Below are positions 36,581-50,727 of a DNA stretch of 64,000 nt, in pieces. This stretch comes from Vicugna vicugna. Taxonomy: Eukaryota. The position numbers were made by a program, and so were the translations under genes. Position 1 is the stretch's first letter, and each line of letters opens with the position of its first letter. The notes below the pieces were generated by a model. That model ran no database searches. It worked only from the letters and a program-made list of their open reading frames with translations, and was not told where the DNA came from. The stretch covers positions 2,539,319 to 2,603,318 of the forward strand of contig MU061579.1 in assembly GCA_013265495.1 (NCBI GenBank). The letters are read 5' to 3'.

Positions 36581-39500
36581 AACAGGAATATAAATTGAGC
36601 CTTGTAGAATTAAAATGACATAGTCCAAGGTCAGAACATATCACTGCAGGGCTGGAAATCCAAGAATCTTGATTTTTAATCCTGGTTTATTTTTTGAAAA
36701 TAATTTACCCCCGCCAGTGGATTAGAGAAATTCAAAAGTGAGTTGCTTGTTTCACCATTATTTAGTAACTTCATGACACAGGTAAGGTCAGTGTTAAAGA
36801 TCTAATCTTTTAGCTTCTCCCTTTCTGTCTTCCTCCATTGCTCCTTCTTCTTTTGCTTTTCCCTCCTCTCATTTCTTGCCTCAATCTCTTTCATCCGTCT
36901 TCTCTACCAAGCTGCTTCATGCAGCAGAACACTTTTTTTTTTCAAAGGGAGATGCCATCAGTAATTTTTCCCCTTAAGAGGCTACTTATGGACATTTTGG
37001 AAAAGGTATAGAACACTTTTCTTCTCTAAATTACAGTTTCAAGAGCCTGTCTTACTTCAACAAGCAAACATCCATTGCCATTGCTTGGTAGAAATGTATA
37101 AGGAGAAAGGCTGTGGTTGTCTCTGTCAAAGTATTTTTCAGAATTATTCCCTGAGAAGGAGGTAGATATATTTACACAGGGGTCAAGAGGCTAATGGAAA
37201 GAAATTAAATATTTTTGATGTATGTATTATGATTCTTTCAGCTGAGTTTTCACTTAACATTTGTGAATCTCAAAGTAAAACTATAAATGGAAGTCCACTA
37301 GCAAATGTCTTAATCCTTAAAGGTTATAAATCAAGACAATAAATATCACACCCCGACAAATACGCCTTTGTGGAGACTGGGAAGGACAGGTTGAATCTAG
37401 ACTTTGTAACACATGGACAGAGCTAGCACACAGTTTCACCTCACTCCCTTTTCTTCCTAGTCACAGCTCCAAGGTCCACCAGGGATGACCCTGTGCACAC
37501 AGACTGAAACCCAGGCCATGCATTTAAGTCAATCCACACCCCCTCAGACAGCCTTTTCCTTGGTCATTCTTAAGTCTTGGGGTGTGACATGCATGACATG
37601 ATCTACTTTTCAGAGAATGGTCTCAGAGAGGAGACCTCTGACGTTCTTGGAAGTTTGGGCTGTTTGGAAAGAGCTTTCTGGGGGTGAGGGACCCAGTCCT
37701 TGGCCCTGTCAACTCCTTGATCCATGGGTGAGATGTGGCCGGAAGAGGGCCAGAATGAGTTTTCTACTGGGTGGGACTCAGAGCAGAGTGAGTATCCCTA
37801 GGCTGATTATTTAAATTTAAATTTAAACCTATTACATTTATAACATTTTTTCCTATTTTCAAATTTATACACCTCCAAAATGAAGTATCCTTTAAATGCA
37901 GCTAACTCCTCTCTGTTTTCATTCACGACACTGAAATTTACGTCACTTCCCAATTTCAAGTACATCTCTAAAGAGTACTTGCTTATCATTATTTCTGCTT
38001 CTTATTCTTACATTTGCATCATCAAAACAAAGTATCTGACAAATATTTTGAAACCTTGGATAGCTCATAATTTTGTTGCATAGAACATGCCATCTTCTTT
38101 GTTCCATAACTGAAAAACATTTTAATTTGTAGATTTATAAACAATATTTAAAATGACTTAACCGATTATTTTATTCCTAAATTATCTATTTCCTTTTAGC
38201 CTGTTTGTGTACTCACTTAAATTCAGCATTTGTCCACTTACAAACTTTGTCAAGTAAATGTTGGCACTTGGACATCATTAAAAAAAAGAAAAAAAATCAT
38301 ATTTTCATCATAAAATTTTAATTAAAATTTCATCATAAAGATGAAAAAATACTGTCCCATTTTCTTTTAATAAAATGGGATGGTCCAGGCAATTGTAACC
38401 AAACACCACATGATGAAGTTCTGTTGAATGCCTAAAAAGGATGACACATTTTGTTTTGTTTTGTTTTTAGACATATATTTTCACACATTGAGTTTGAGAA
38501 AATTCATGCAAGGTATCATTATCTAAAGGCACATAGTCTGAAATTTCATTTATATAATTGATTTCACCAACCGTAGAAGCTAGGCTAGGCTCAGTGCTTT
38601 CTGTGTTTTGCATTCATCTTCTGACTCATCTAATTATTGTAAAATGTCTTCTACTGATAAAATTTACTTTCCTTTGACTTTAAGAGCAGAAAATAACAAA
38701 TTGTAAATTTTAACTGTGTTCAATGAGAGCCGAAAAACAGACCACAAATACAGTGCTTCCAATCTTTTTTTTAATGGCTTGTGGAAAGCTGATGCAATGA
38801 TTCAGGCTATGCAATAAGAACACTTAAAAATGTGGAAGTAGTGGTCACTTACATCACTTGTGTCTTTTTTTCTAAGGAACTACATCATTCTGTTTTCCTG
38901 TTGTTTTAGTCTACTCTAGCAAAACTGGGAATAATTTATGAGTAATGATTAAATAGTAACAGTAATGATTAATAGTAATGTTTACCAGTTTAAATAGCAA
39001 ATAAGATGATGAAATAGAAAAAAGTGTTCCAACATATAGAAAAAACATCACTAAGATCTCATAAATGTATCACAGATTTATGCAAGGTATAAAGAATCCT
39101 TACAGTAATTTTCAAAGTAAACTTAATTTAATTTTATTCTATGAAAAATAAGCAATTATTTTCTTCAAAAACCTCTAAGAAAAATAAAATTCATGAAGTA
39201 TCTATTCTTACAAATAGAACTACTGGAAAAAGAAAAAGATAAATGAAAATTGGGTCAATGGATCTTAACATTATCTTGAGGGTTAATGATCTCCACTGAT
39301 TTGCAATTTGCAAAATAAGATGTAGAGACTTCACTGGAAAACTTACCATGACAATTGGAGGTCTGTAATTAATGACTCAAAACTGAGTCTGAAATATAGT
39401 TTAGTGTAATAACCTTAAACATTTTTTGGAAAAATTTTAAAAACTATGTAACCCCTGTGAGCATTTTGAACTTGTCATATATACATTTTAAAATCATATG

Positions 39501-40879
39501 TTTAAAGAATTTTCAAATGGTATAATTTTTAGAATTTATAAATATTTGATATTTCAAATAAAATGTTATATCACTCTTCAACTCTAGTCAATAGAATATA
39601 AATGGCACAGTAATTTGATTCCTTCTCTATCTTTTCAGAAATATAAAAAAATTCTGCCTTAACATTTAGAAATATTAAATCTTTTTCCTTTCCCCTTTAA
39701 CTAGTTTTTTCTATCCATTTTTCTCATTAAATTTAGTTTTAATTTTATGTTAAAGATCTTTTATTAATCATGCTTTTATGCTTCTTGGTAGCTATGTGTG
39801 CATATATAATTAAATTTATTTCAATAATAGTTAGCATTTACTCCAAGTGTTATTTTATTTTCTTTTATTACTAAAGAAATTATTACTATAGTCAGTTGAT
39901 TAAAACATCATAAATGTATTACATGTTTTCACAAAAAATAAAATTAAAATTTCATTGCAGTGATTCTCTTAATAATGTGGGTGGATTTGGGATTTACATT
40001 ATTTTGATTAAAGCTATAGGGAAATATTTCTTTTCAGAAAGTACAATTTGAATTCATGCCCTTTTCAGAATATGTCATGGGAATACTTTCACTTATTTGG
40101 AGCAAAAGAGAAGGGTGATAGTTTATAAGCAGCCTTGATGTGCTTTTTAAGGCTTATTTAATAAATGTAATAAAGTGTTTGATGTTACTTCCTCAATACC
40201 AGTCACCTTCTGTAGAGAAACTAATATGTGCTTGTGGTTCAATTCAGCATGAATATTGCATAGTAGTTATCTTGAGAAACTCACAGACCTGTCTTAAACT
40301 TATGTTGTTATAATATTAATGGTCCAAAAAACATTACCCGAAAAAATGGAAAATAGACTGTGAGCTTCACCTATAGTCTTATTTACAATGATTTGTATTT
40401 TTATGTTCATTTCCATATAATTTAATGATATGATTTTAATGTTACTAATTCCTTTTTAAAATTTTACATTAAAAATCAGTTATTCTTATTAAAAGAGCAG
40501 ACTTAAATGTTGATCAATATGACTATCTTCATGATTTTCAGTGACTAGAAAAACAAAAATCAGCTACAATTATGTCAAAAATTATTTGTAATAGCAATGT
40601 TTTTTTCTTTTTTAATCTACTAAAGTTGCTGGAAATTTAGTCTATTTTATTAGAACTTGCTTTCTTTAAAGTATTGTACTTTTATATATAATAAAATCTG
40701 TTTGTTGTGTTATTAAATTTTATTTTTTGAAGTGGAACACTAACGTAAATGTATGCATGCCTAAATATTTACATAGGTCTTTACATTCTTGAGTATATAC
40801 ATTGATATAAAATTTCAGAAGTAAGCACATTATTTATTATATTATTTACTAAGCAAATACCAACATCTATTATTATGAT

Positions 40880-41380
40880 CCACTGGGCAGAATAAAGGCC
40901 TTATTTTCTGAAACATATGGATGTGTTACTGCACATGGCAAAGGAACTTCATAGGTGTCATCAAGGCTACAGATCTTAAAATGGTGAAATTACCCTGGGT
41001 TATCCATGTGGGTTCTAATGATATGAGTCCTTAAAAGCAGAGAACATCCCCAGTTGTGGTCAGACATAGATGCAACAACAGAAAATGGGTCAGAGAGAGA
41101 TGATGTGGAAACCGCTGGACCTGTATTGTTGCTAGCTTTAAAGATGGAAGAAGAGGCTGGAAAGAAATGCAGGCAGCTTTTTGAAGCTGAAAAGGGCATG
41201 GAAATGGATTGTCCACCTAGGGACTTCAGAAAGAAACACACTCTACCAAGACTTTGATTTTGGTCCTGTGAAACTCATGCCATATTCCTGACCTCCAGAA
41301 CTTTAAGATAATATATTTCTGCTGTTGTAAGTCACTAAACTTGGGATAGTTTGTTACAGCAACAATAGAAAATTAATGTA
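40880..41380 (+). mobile_element. MLT1D/E-type MaLR solo LTR
   Basis: CATGGCAAAGGAACTT, GCTAGCTTTAAAGATGGAAG, CTGACCTCCAGAACTTTAAGATAAT and TTTGTTACAGCAACAATAGAAAATTAAT. Confidence 0.9.
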
Positions 41381-41513
41381 TTTATGATAATGTTGGATTG
41401 AATAATAAAATACTTTTATTTTACCTGTTATCCAGTAAAATGCACAAATTTTGGGGAATCCTCCCAAAAAGTGTATAAAAGAAATAATACTGGTTTTTTT
41501 GGACCAGTCTTTC

Positions 41514-41609
41514 ATTGACAAGTGCCACATTTCCCTGTGCTCAATAGTTTCTTTATAAAATTGTCTAATCTTATTAACAGCATTGTAGATTTCTTACACC
41601 AAATAAAAC
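41514..41609 (+). repeat. Unclassified duplicated module, copy 1 (70-bp core identical to 52022-52091)
   Basis: ATTGACAAGTGCCACATTTCCCTGTGCTCAATAGTTTCTTTATAAAATTGTCTAATCTTATTAACAGCAT, then 20/26 matches over the next 26 bp. Confidence 0.97.
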
Positions 41610-42003
41610 GTTATTAATATCACAATGGAATGTATAGGTTAATAACACAATTCTGTTAACAATGGCAACAACAAAAATTAACTTTTCAGTATCTGACAGA
41701 AATTGAACCAAGGTATGTGTTAGAAAGAAGAATATGCATGCAGGTTATTTTAAATGCTCTGCATGCATGATGAAGCTTTGCAAATGTGTTTCTAAAGCAA
41801 ATCTCACCTGATAGAAGCAATTGTGAAACCACAGACTAAGCCTTTGTTACCAACTTAGAGACTTAGTCCTCTCTCACACATTTCTTTTTGCTTTCAGCAT
41901 TATTATTGCTTATATTTTCCATAAAATCTCAAAAGTAATGTAATGATCTAAAGATAATGATATCACACAAAGGGAGAAAAATCTTTAATAATTATTTTAG
42001 CTC

Positions 42004-42545
42004 TGTATTATTTATATATTTCCGTGTAAATAATCACCCTAAAATTAGGAGCTGAAATGACAATCATTTATTGTTTCATGTAATCTATGGGTTAGAAAAT
42101 ACGGATGCCACTCAGTGGGATGCCTCTGTGGAGTTCGTGATTTCTTCTGGGGTTGTTGCCAGGATGTTGGCCAAGGCTGCAGTGTTATCTCAGGATTTGA
42201 TGAGCTGAAGTATCTGCTTTCAGGCAGGTGCTATCGGCAGGATTCAATTCCTTGTGGACTATTAAACCACTATTAAGGCCTCAGTTCTTTCCCATCATGC
42301 AGAGGCCTCTACATTGGGTTCCTCACAACATGGTAGGTTCCCCCAGTCTAAGCAATCCAGAGAGAGCATGAGAGCACCAAATATGGGAGTCAGAGTCTTT
42401 ACAATCTAAACTTCAGTGTGATGGCCCATCGCTCCCACCATGTTCTATTGGAATTGAGCCCACACTCAAAAGGAGGAGGTTAAGAAAAGCACAAATGCTG
42501 TGAGGCAGGGACCATTAGGAGCCATCGTAAAGGTTGCCTACCACA
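42004..42545 (-). mobile_element. MLT1F/G-type MaLR solo LTR
   Basis: AATCACCCTAAAATTAGGAGCTGAAATGACAATCATTTATTG, CCTCACAACATGG and GGAGCCATCGTAAAGGTTGCCTACCACA. Confidence 0.85.
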
Positions 42546-42814
42546 AGAACTCTTTAGAGTGAATGCTTTTTGTTAACTCTTTTCAGTGAAAAAAGATTCC
42601 TGTTCAAATAGTGTGCCTTCACTGATTCCTTTATTGCTTTGTGAGGAATGGGAGATTTTAGGAGTAGACAGGGAAAGTCAATGTACATGACAAATATAGA
42701 AATGTGATCTTATTCAAAATCATACCAACTGAAGGGAACTATAGTAAAGTACTTCCCAGAATGAATTATTCCTGAAATGAAGTTCATACGTTGTACAGTG
42801 AATTAACCTCACCC

Positions 42815-43228
42815 TGTGTATTAGTTTCCTGGGGCTGCTGTAACAAAGTGGGTGACATAAACAACAGAAATTTATTTTCTCACAGTTCTGAAAACTAGAA
42901 GTCTGAATCAAGGTGTCAGCAGGGTTGGCTCCTTCTGAGGGCTGTGAGGGGGCATTTGTTCCAAATCCCTCTCCTAGCTTTTGCTGGCCTCAGGCATTCC
43001 CTGGCTTGTAGATGGCATTCTCTCTGTGTCTTCCCATCATCTTCCCTCACGTGTCTGTCTCTTTGCCTGAATTTCCCGTTTGTAAATAAGTTATCCTGCG
43101 TTAGAACTCAGCCTAATGATCTCACTTTAACTTGACTCCCTTTGTAAATAAGGTCACATTCTGAGGTCCTGGGGGTTAGAACATCAACATGCCTTTTCTG
43201 GGAGGGAGACATAGTTAAATCCATAACA
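42815..43228 (-). mobile_element. MLT1B/C-type MaLR solo LTR
   Basis: TGTATTAGTTTCCTGGGGCTGCTGTAACAAAG...AAATAAGGTCACATTCTGAGGTCCTGGGGGTTAGAAC...CCATAACA. Confidence 0.92.
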
Positions 43229-44349
43229 TCTTGTATTACATATTTTTATTATAATCATTCCTAAACAGGAGATAAATCTGTTTCAAGCAGGCATGTCATG
43301 CCTCACACTGTTCTATGTGTGGACCCCAGATGGTCAAAATCTGTATTCTGTGAGTACTGCAGAGAAACAACAGCTGAGGGAAAAAATGGCAAAGGTTAAC
43401 AGTTTCTTCCAGAAATGCTGGAAAACCAAATTCATTGTTCAAGAATTGGCACACAAGTCTGCTCATTACCTCTGATTCAAGAAACAGTTTGTGGTCACAG
43501 CAGCTTTGCCAAAGTCCAGTAGACTGTGCTATAAATGTGGGAGAGAGTGAGGACGGCTGGCTTTTAATCAAGAGAATAATAAGTTGTGTCAGTGTTTTTT
43601 TTTTTTTAATGTAATGGCACCAAAAGTGACTCTTCTATTGGAGGAATGCTTCCAATTTGTTAATTTTTTAAAAAAAAAAGTTGCTTTAATATAACATTTA
43701 ATTAAACATTTAATTAATTTAACTGCCACAATATCTCTATTAAAGAAATAACTGCTTAATGTTTTCATTGTGAAACTAAAATATGAAATGCTATACAGAA
43801 ATAATCTGATTGGGGAAAGTTATGCTTTCTGGTAAGTCCAAAAAAATTCTACATTTGTCTTTCAGCAATATTATAGGACTGATTTCATGCTTCTTTTATT
43901 TTTGTTATTATTACTTTCAAAATTGAAGGTAGATGATTTAGTTTGTTTCTGCAGTAAAACTGAACTGCTCCAAGTTTAGTGCCAGAAATCTTAAGTACTC
44001 AACTCTAATTTAATTGTGCCCAAATCACTTACTTCTTCGAATCCTCAATAAAACAGCAAAAATAACGTTATTGAGAGTGGAAAAGGCTAAGTTGACCACT
44101 TGGGTATTTATATTAAATAATTTGTTTCATTACAAAATTGATTTCCAACAATGATATCTTAAAATGTTTTGAATTACATGCATTGGTATGTATTTGATTT
44201 TATGATGAAAGATTATCCTTAAATTTGGATTCTTTTAAAGAAATATTTCAGATATACCTATACTTGCAACCAAATTTGATAAATTGTATGATATGTCCTT
44301 TGGGTTCTATACAAAGACATGGTAAAATAGGTGTGCAAGCAGTTTATTG

Positions 44350-45490
44350 GTAGCAGCAATTGTTTGTTTTTATAGATGCACTTTGTCAGGTTGAAGAAAT
44401 TCCCTCCTATACTGGATTGTTGAGTGTTTTTAATCATGAAAGACTGCTGGATACTGTCAAATGCTTTTTTATGTATCTATTTAGATATGGTTTTGTCCTT
44501 TACATTTTAAATATGGTATATTATAGTGATAGATTTTTGGATATTTAACTAACCTTGTATTCCTGACAAAAAGTGGAAGGTTTCTTACTGGCTTGAGATC
44601 TTTCTTATTTTTGAATATAGACTTTTACAGCTTTAAATTGCCCCATGAGCACTGCTTTTGCATCCCATAAGTCTTGGTATGTTGTTTTCGATTTATTTTT
44701 TAATTTCCCTCATGATTTCTTCTTTGATCTGTTGGTTATTTGGAAATATTTTTCTTAATTTCCATATATTTGTGAATTCCATAAATTTTCATTTGTTTTT
44801 GATACCCAGTTTAGAGTCAGTCGTCAGAGAATATTTTTTTTTGTGTAATTTTAATTATTTTAGATCTGTTGAGGCTTTTTTATGGTTCCATTCATGTTTT
44901 ATTTCTGAGAATGTTTCCTGTGTTCCTGAGAAGATACACCTGCTGTTATTGCATAGTGTGTCTTATAAATGTCCATTAGTTCTCCTTTGTATACAGTGTT
45001 CAAGTTTTCTATATTCTTGTTTATCTTTTGCCTATTCTATGTGTTATTGAAAGTGGGGTATTATAGTTTTTGACTGCAATTGTTAATCTTCAGTTACAAT
45101 TGTAAAATTGCCTATTTCTACCTCAGTTCTGTCTGGTTTTGCTTATGTATCTCAGGACTTTTTTGTTTGGTGTATATATCTATAATTGGTATATATCTTC
45201 CTGAAGGACTGTTCCTCTTATCATTATGAAGTGTGCTTTTTTGTCTCTAGTAATTAATTTTGTCTTAAAATCTGTTTTGTCTGATATTAGCATAGTTACT
45301 TCTGTTCTCTTAGGTAGCTGTTTGCTGGTATAGTCTCTTCTGTTATTTTAATTTTTAACAATTTGTGTCTTTGAGTCTGAAGTGTGTCTCTTATAGACAG
45401 GACAGAGTTGTATAATATTTTTTATACATTCTGACAAATTGTACTTTTTGATTGAAGTGTTTAACCCATTTTCATTTAATATAATTTATT
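44350..45490 (-). mobile_element. Old L1 ORF2 (endonuclease-proximal) fragments, antisense
   Basis: TGTCAAATGCTTTTT, GCACTGCTTTTGCATCCCATAAGT, CTTAAAATCTGTTTTGTCTGATATTAG and GTGTGTCTCTTATAGACAG. Confidence 0.9.
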
Positions 45491-46979
45491 AAATTATAAT
45501 AATACTAGCTAATGCTGGCAGCTATTTTGATACATAGTTTCCTTCCTCCCTTATCAGGCCCATTGTGTTCTCAGCTTGGTTACTGATTTGGACCTACGGA
45601 TGGTGAATGTGTCTTTGGCTTAAGAGATGAAGCAGATCCTGAAGTGCTCCAGTTTTAGATGTTAGCAACTTGTGCTGCTTGTAGATGAATATCAGTCTCT
45701 TTTTTGATGCACTATCTGATTATCTGAGTCATTCACTTTCATGGCTGCCATATATATCATGTGAGCTTTTCTTTTCCCTTTTGATTCTCTTTTTCTGTAC
45801 TAATTTATTTCCATTGCCCAAGGTTTCATGGTAAAATCAATGCCTAGGACTATGAACTCTTGTGCCTTCTTACCAAATAGCTGACTGATGACTTGGATGC
45901 ATTTTAGAACCACTGAATGCTTAAGTTGAGTATAAAACTCAGTCATTCATGTTTCATGATCAACTGGAGAGAATAATATTATCTTGCATTACTATTATCC
46001 TATGTAGCAGATGCTTTATAAAATTCCTTAGTGAACTTGAATTTTTTATATTTCTGTGCAATCTAGATGTGAATTCCAATAACTGATCTATAGTAATATT
46101 AATATAGGTGTGCTTAATATATATGAACTGTCCCTCTGTTACTTGAAAAAACTTTTTATCCTCAGGCTTTGACAGTCCACACCAAGACCCAACTGTTGAC
46201 AACGCCCTCACTTTCTGTGTTTTAACAATCTGTGTCAGGCAACTCCACTTCAAAGAAGCTCTCTTTACATCCATACTGGCCTCCTTCCCACCAAGATGCC
46301 CTTTCCACTTAACTCAAGCTTTGTCACTCTTCCATGGGCACCCCTAGCCTACATAAAAGCTTACTCACTCCCTCAAGCTCTGGTATCTTGTGCTCAATTG
46401 CCCTGTTGTTCATCTCTGACATTTAACCAGGCATCCTTCCTAAATGGTTGCATTCCTCACACTGCCTGGGCTCCAGCACCTGGCACTGGTCCATCTTGCT
46501 CTTCTTTCCCCATCAATCCCAGTGCAGATACCTAACATGCTTGGCACAGTTTAATAATAAATTGAATGTTAATCCTTAGAAAATCATCACTCGTGCATGT
46601 GCTGTTTCTCTCTCTCCACTGAATGTTATTGAAAAAGGAAAAATAACTGATTTTGTAAGATGAATTAGTGAATCAGGACCCACCAAATATCACTCACTTC
46701 TCAAGTAAAAGTGAAAATACCTAGATGAAAAGGGAAGAAGAAGCCTATGTGATATTAGGAATATTAAATATCTTAACAATCTCAAATAGGTTTGGAAGGA
46801 ATATATATCTTGCCTAACTATTATTGGGCATACAAGTCCCTTGAGAATGTTCTCAGAAAAGAGTTGTATAATATCTTTTTGAACAGTTCTAGTGCTAGAA
46901 AATTTACTACCACAGCATTTACTTATAAGATCTAATTTAAGACCCTATAACTAAAAATAAAGATGTAAATTTCATAATA

Positions 46980-48050
46980 TAGTTATTCATTTATTCCTTC
47001 TTTGTGTCCTTGATTTTTCAACAAATATTTTTAAGGAACTATTAAGTGATAAGTATTCTTCTATAATAGTTTAAAAATGGACAAAAATTCCTGATTTCAT
47101 GGAATTGACATTCTAGTGGGATAGGAGAAAGCAAGGTTAATAAGTAAAATATAAGGTATAATAGTTAACTATAATTTCTTTGGAGGAGAATAACACAAAG
47201 AAGGGTCATACAGAATGTCAGCAAGCACAGGTGGTAATCCAGGTCATTATATTTTCTTCTAATGGTGCAGAGGCTGGGTAATCATTCACATAGATATTAA
47301 GTTCTAATCAATGGAATTTGTAAATGTTATTCTATGTGGTAAAGACTTTGCAGATGAGATTAAGGATCCTTAGATGGGAAGATTATTCTGGATTATCTGG
47401 ATGAGACCTAAATGCATTTATAGATACCCTAACAAAAGCAAAGCAGCAGGAAATTAAACACACACAAAGCAGAAAGCAGTGTGAAGATGGGGCAGAGAAA
47501 ATTTTGAATATGGTGGCTTTGAAGATTGGGCATTTGTGGCCACAAGCCAAGGAATGCTGGCAGCCACCAGAAGGTGGAAGAAGCAAGGAATGGATTCCCC
47601 GTTAGAGCCTCCTGTAGGAGTGTGACCCTGCCAAAATCTTGATTTTGGTCAAATGAAACTTAACTTTGGACTTTTTGGGCCTTCAGAATTGTGAGGGAAT
47701 ACGTTTTTATTATTTTAATCCACCTAGTTTGTGGTGATTTTTTTATAGCAGCCAAAGGAAAACTAATACTAACAGTATCTGAGGAAAGACCCCTTGAGGT
47801 GACATTTGTGTAAAGATATGATGGTTTGAAGGGTTAAGGGACAGAGAGGGCAGAAGTTGGAGTTAAGGGCAGATTTTGCAACATTTTTCCAAAGATTTTG
47901 AATTTTACTCTTTAATTTGGACTTACACTCATAGGGAAGTGACATTTGAGCTGAGTCTTGAAAAAACAGTTTAAAATATTACAGGAAGAGGGAATAATAT
48001 ATGTAAAGTCTTGAAAGCATGAAAAATTTAAGAATACTCTAGGATATGAA
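46980..48050 (-). mobile_element. L2 3' region split by an MLT1 LTR
   Basis: TTCAACAAATATTTT...TTCATGGAATTGACATTCTAGTGGG upstream of the LTR; GTGACATTTGAGCTGAGTCTTGAA downstream. Confidence 0.65.
47270..47770 (+). mobile_element. MLT1C/D-type MaLR solo LTR
   Basis: GACTTTGCAGATGAGATTAAGGATC, GGCCACAAGCCAAGGAATGCTGGCAGCCACCAGAAG and ATAGCAGCCAAAGGAAACTAATAC. Confidence 0.92.
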
Positions 48051-48436
48051 AAGATTTAATACCTTTCTGCATGCATCTATCAATTAGAAAGAGTTAAGAG
48101 CAAAATATGTCCTTCGGTATATGATAATGTTAAGCCGTAAAACATGTATACAGCAGTTCCTCTTTCAACTCGGAAGTCTACTTCTTGCATGGAAGAAAAG
48201 TGGTCTATAACCTGTATCCTGATGATTAAGTAGTGTTCTTAAAAAGGTAAGGGCTCCTCTTGGCAGGAAAAGTAGAAGTTATTTCATCTGATTAGGAATC
48301 ATACTGAGGCTGACATCTTACCACATGTTCAAGTGCGTTATAATTCATTTCCATGGGGTACCAGAAAAAAAATTTAGCAGCAGTTAAGAAGTTCTAAATT
48401 TAAGGTTTATAATAGTTCAATGGAAATCTAGGCATG

Positions 48437-48506
48437 TATCTATCAGTCTATCTATCTATCTACTTATCTATCTATCTATCATCCACCTGCATCTATCATC
48501 TATCTA
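48437..48506. repeat. (TCTA)n microsatellite, interrupted
   Basis: Direct reading. Confidence 0.9.
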
Positions 48507-48629
48507 GTGGTTACTCTGTCTCAACCTCAGTGAATAAATAGAAGTTGAAGTTCATTGTTATTCATTTACTTTTTCTGGTATATACACAAATATTCCTATT
48601 TTGAGTTCCTTATGAATGAATCACACATG

Positions 48630-48770
48630 AATAATAATACAAATATTTACAAGAGCTTAATATATGCTAGGCATACTTCTGAGAACTTCTGAGAACATCA
48701 TATATATGATTTCATTTAATCTTTACATCAATAAACACTATCTCTGTTTCACAGATGAGGAGACTGTCTA
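48630..48770 (-). mobile_element. MIR SINE
   Basis: ATGCTAGGCATACTT...TCATTTAATCTTTACA...TTTCACAGATGAGGAGACTG. Confidence 0.8.
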
Positions 48771-50504
48771 TACTTTATTTTCAAAATGGAAGCAGAATAT
48801 TTAACGTATGTAATGTAACATTATTTGAAGTCTCTAAACTGTTAGCTTGTAATAAGATAAGGTGAAAGATCACAGGGCTAAAATAAACCCAGGAGTCAGC
48901 TCTTATGAAGCAATATTGGAATGTCAAACATGTTCAAAAGCGCCAGTACAAGCCAAGGAGATGTAATCATATTGGATATTAGCACGGCATAGGCCAAGAA
49001 CCAAATGGAGTAATTGCTCAATTCAGAGCTATAAGTACAAGGTCAGATCATACAGGCAGAGACAAATAAACTACCAAGACATTAAGTCTCAGTGATTATA
49101 TATAGGTAATACAATTGAGTTCCATCCAACTACAACTTGTTGGTGCATGGTCTCCTTTCAATTGGCGGCAAAGACATCTGAGACCCCGGATATTTTCTTG
49201 GCATGGGCACTGTGGGTAAGAAAGATCAATACATAGATGGAATAAAGGTGAATTCCAGTAAAGACAAATCTCTGTTACCTTCAGAGTGTAGAGTGTTTGA
49301 TATAATCCACCCATCACTAAATGGCTGGCTACTTTTCTTAAGAAAAAATGATAATCAGAGGTCTTTTATACTGGAAAGTGTAGTTTGCTGACCCTTGATG
49401 TTGGGTTTATTGTATAAACATCAATGCATAAACTCTTCATGTACCAGCAAAAGGATGACTACCTCAGGTCACCTCTCCCCCTATACAAATTAGACAACAG
49501 GCGTACAACTGAAGCACTGACCACTGCGTCTTCATCACCAAAGCACTTTAAGGCTATCCATAAATAAAGCTGTGATGCATCAGTTACCCATTTTTGATTA
49601 GAACCAACCTTCAGCCAAATGTAACTTGTGAACTGGGCTCAAGTTCTCTCCTCTGCCATTTGGCCTAAAGGAACACTTCCCTCCACTAGCTGTAGATGTG
49701 AATTGCAGCAGAGTCATCAGTGTAATAGAAATGGTTGACAAGTTATCTGTCTTACTGTTTATGTAATGTAGTTTTTTCCTTCCAGACCTGTTCCAACTTA
49801 ATCCCAAATATACAATTTTATTGTAGTACTTTGGCTCTCCACTGTGCCCACTTAACCGTATGGTTTTGTGAATTTAACAATTTCCAGCTCAAGACGGCCT
49901 CTGTCAGTCTCATCATCACTTTGTGTCCCAAGATCAGCCTCTGAGACCTTAAAGTATGATCCTGGTCTGGTTTTCTCGATAGTAAGCAGCTGCAAGTGAT
50001 GACAGTCTTCTCAAAATTTGCAAAATCTGCTAACGTGTTATTTCATACTTGCCTAAGTTAGGAGTGAGGTGCCCTTAGCTTATAAGTTTCCTCTTACAGG
50101 GCTTCCATTGCAGTTAACATAAGCCAGTTCACTTCAAACTCCTTAAAATGATTCCTGCCCCAAGCCTTTCAAGTGACACAGCTGCCATATATCCTGATGA
50201 CTAACTTTTAAAGCTTAATTTCATTCCAATTAATAATTGTGATGCTACCATATGATAGATGTTATCACTGCCCCACTGATAATGATGTCATCTGAACAGG
50301 GAGAAATCCATCCCAATGTCCCATTCTGAGGGCCTGTTTTTGAATTTCATTCTCCAGAAAGTAGAGGCAGGGACTTGTATGCTACTTCTTTATAAGGGAG
50401 TATAGTTTCGTTGAACAAAAGTAAAGAAAAAGTGGACTGAAGCCCACGGTCTTTTCACAACTCTATCCTCTTTCATTGACCTTTTCAAGTGATCTTATAA
50501 TTCA

Positions 50505-50640
50505 TTGTTTTATGCCTTCCTCTAGACAGTATTGCAAGCCCCTTGGAGGCAGGAACCTTGTCTTGTTCATGGCTATAGCCCAAGCACCAAGCACAATGCC
50601 TGGGTTGTAATGTTCAATAAATAGTTGTTGAGTGAATAAA
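50505..50640 (+). mobile_element. L2 3' terminus
   Basis: GAGGCAGGAACCTTGTCTTGTTCA...AGCACAATGCCTGG...TTCAATAAATAGTTGTTGAGTGAATAAA. Confidence 0.85.
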
Positions 50641-50727
50641 TACTGGGGCTCTGTTCAAGGTTTTGAATGAGTAGTATTATAAAGTAGAATGTTGACATAG
50701 GAAAAATGTGGGGCCAGAGGATAGCCA

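Noticed and set aside
38256..38270. AAATGTTGGCACTTG resembling the reverse complement of the module start (possible third copy)
   Set aside because: Only ~14 matching bases with an indel and no flanking similarity; likely chance.
41515..41544. miRNA/snoRNA interpretation of the duplicated module (AAGTGC seed-like word, TTGA...TCAA ends)
   Set aside because: Only a weak, bulged hairpin can be drawn; no C/D or H/ACA boxes are evident. Not excluded without Rfam or small-RNA data.
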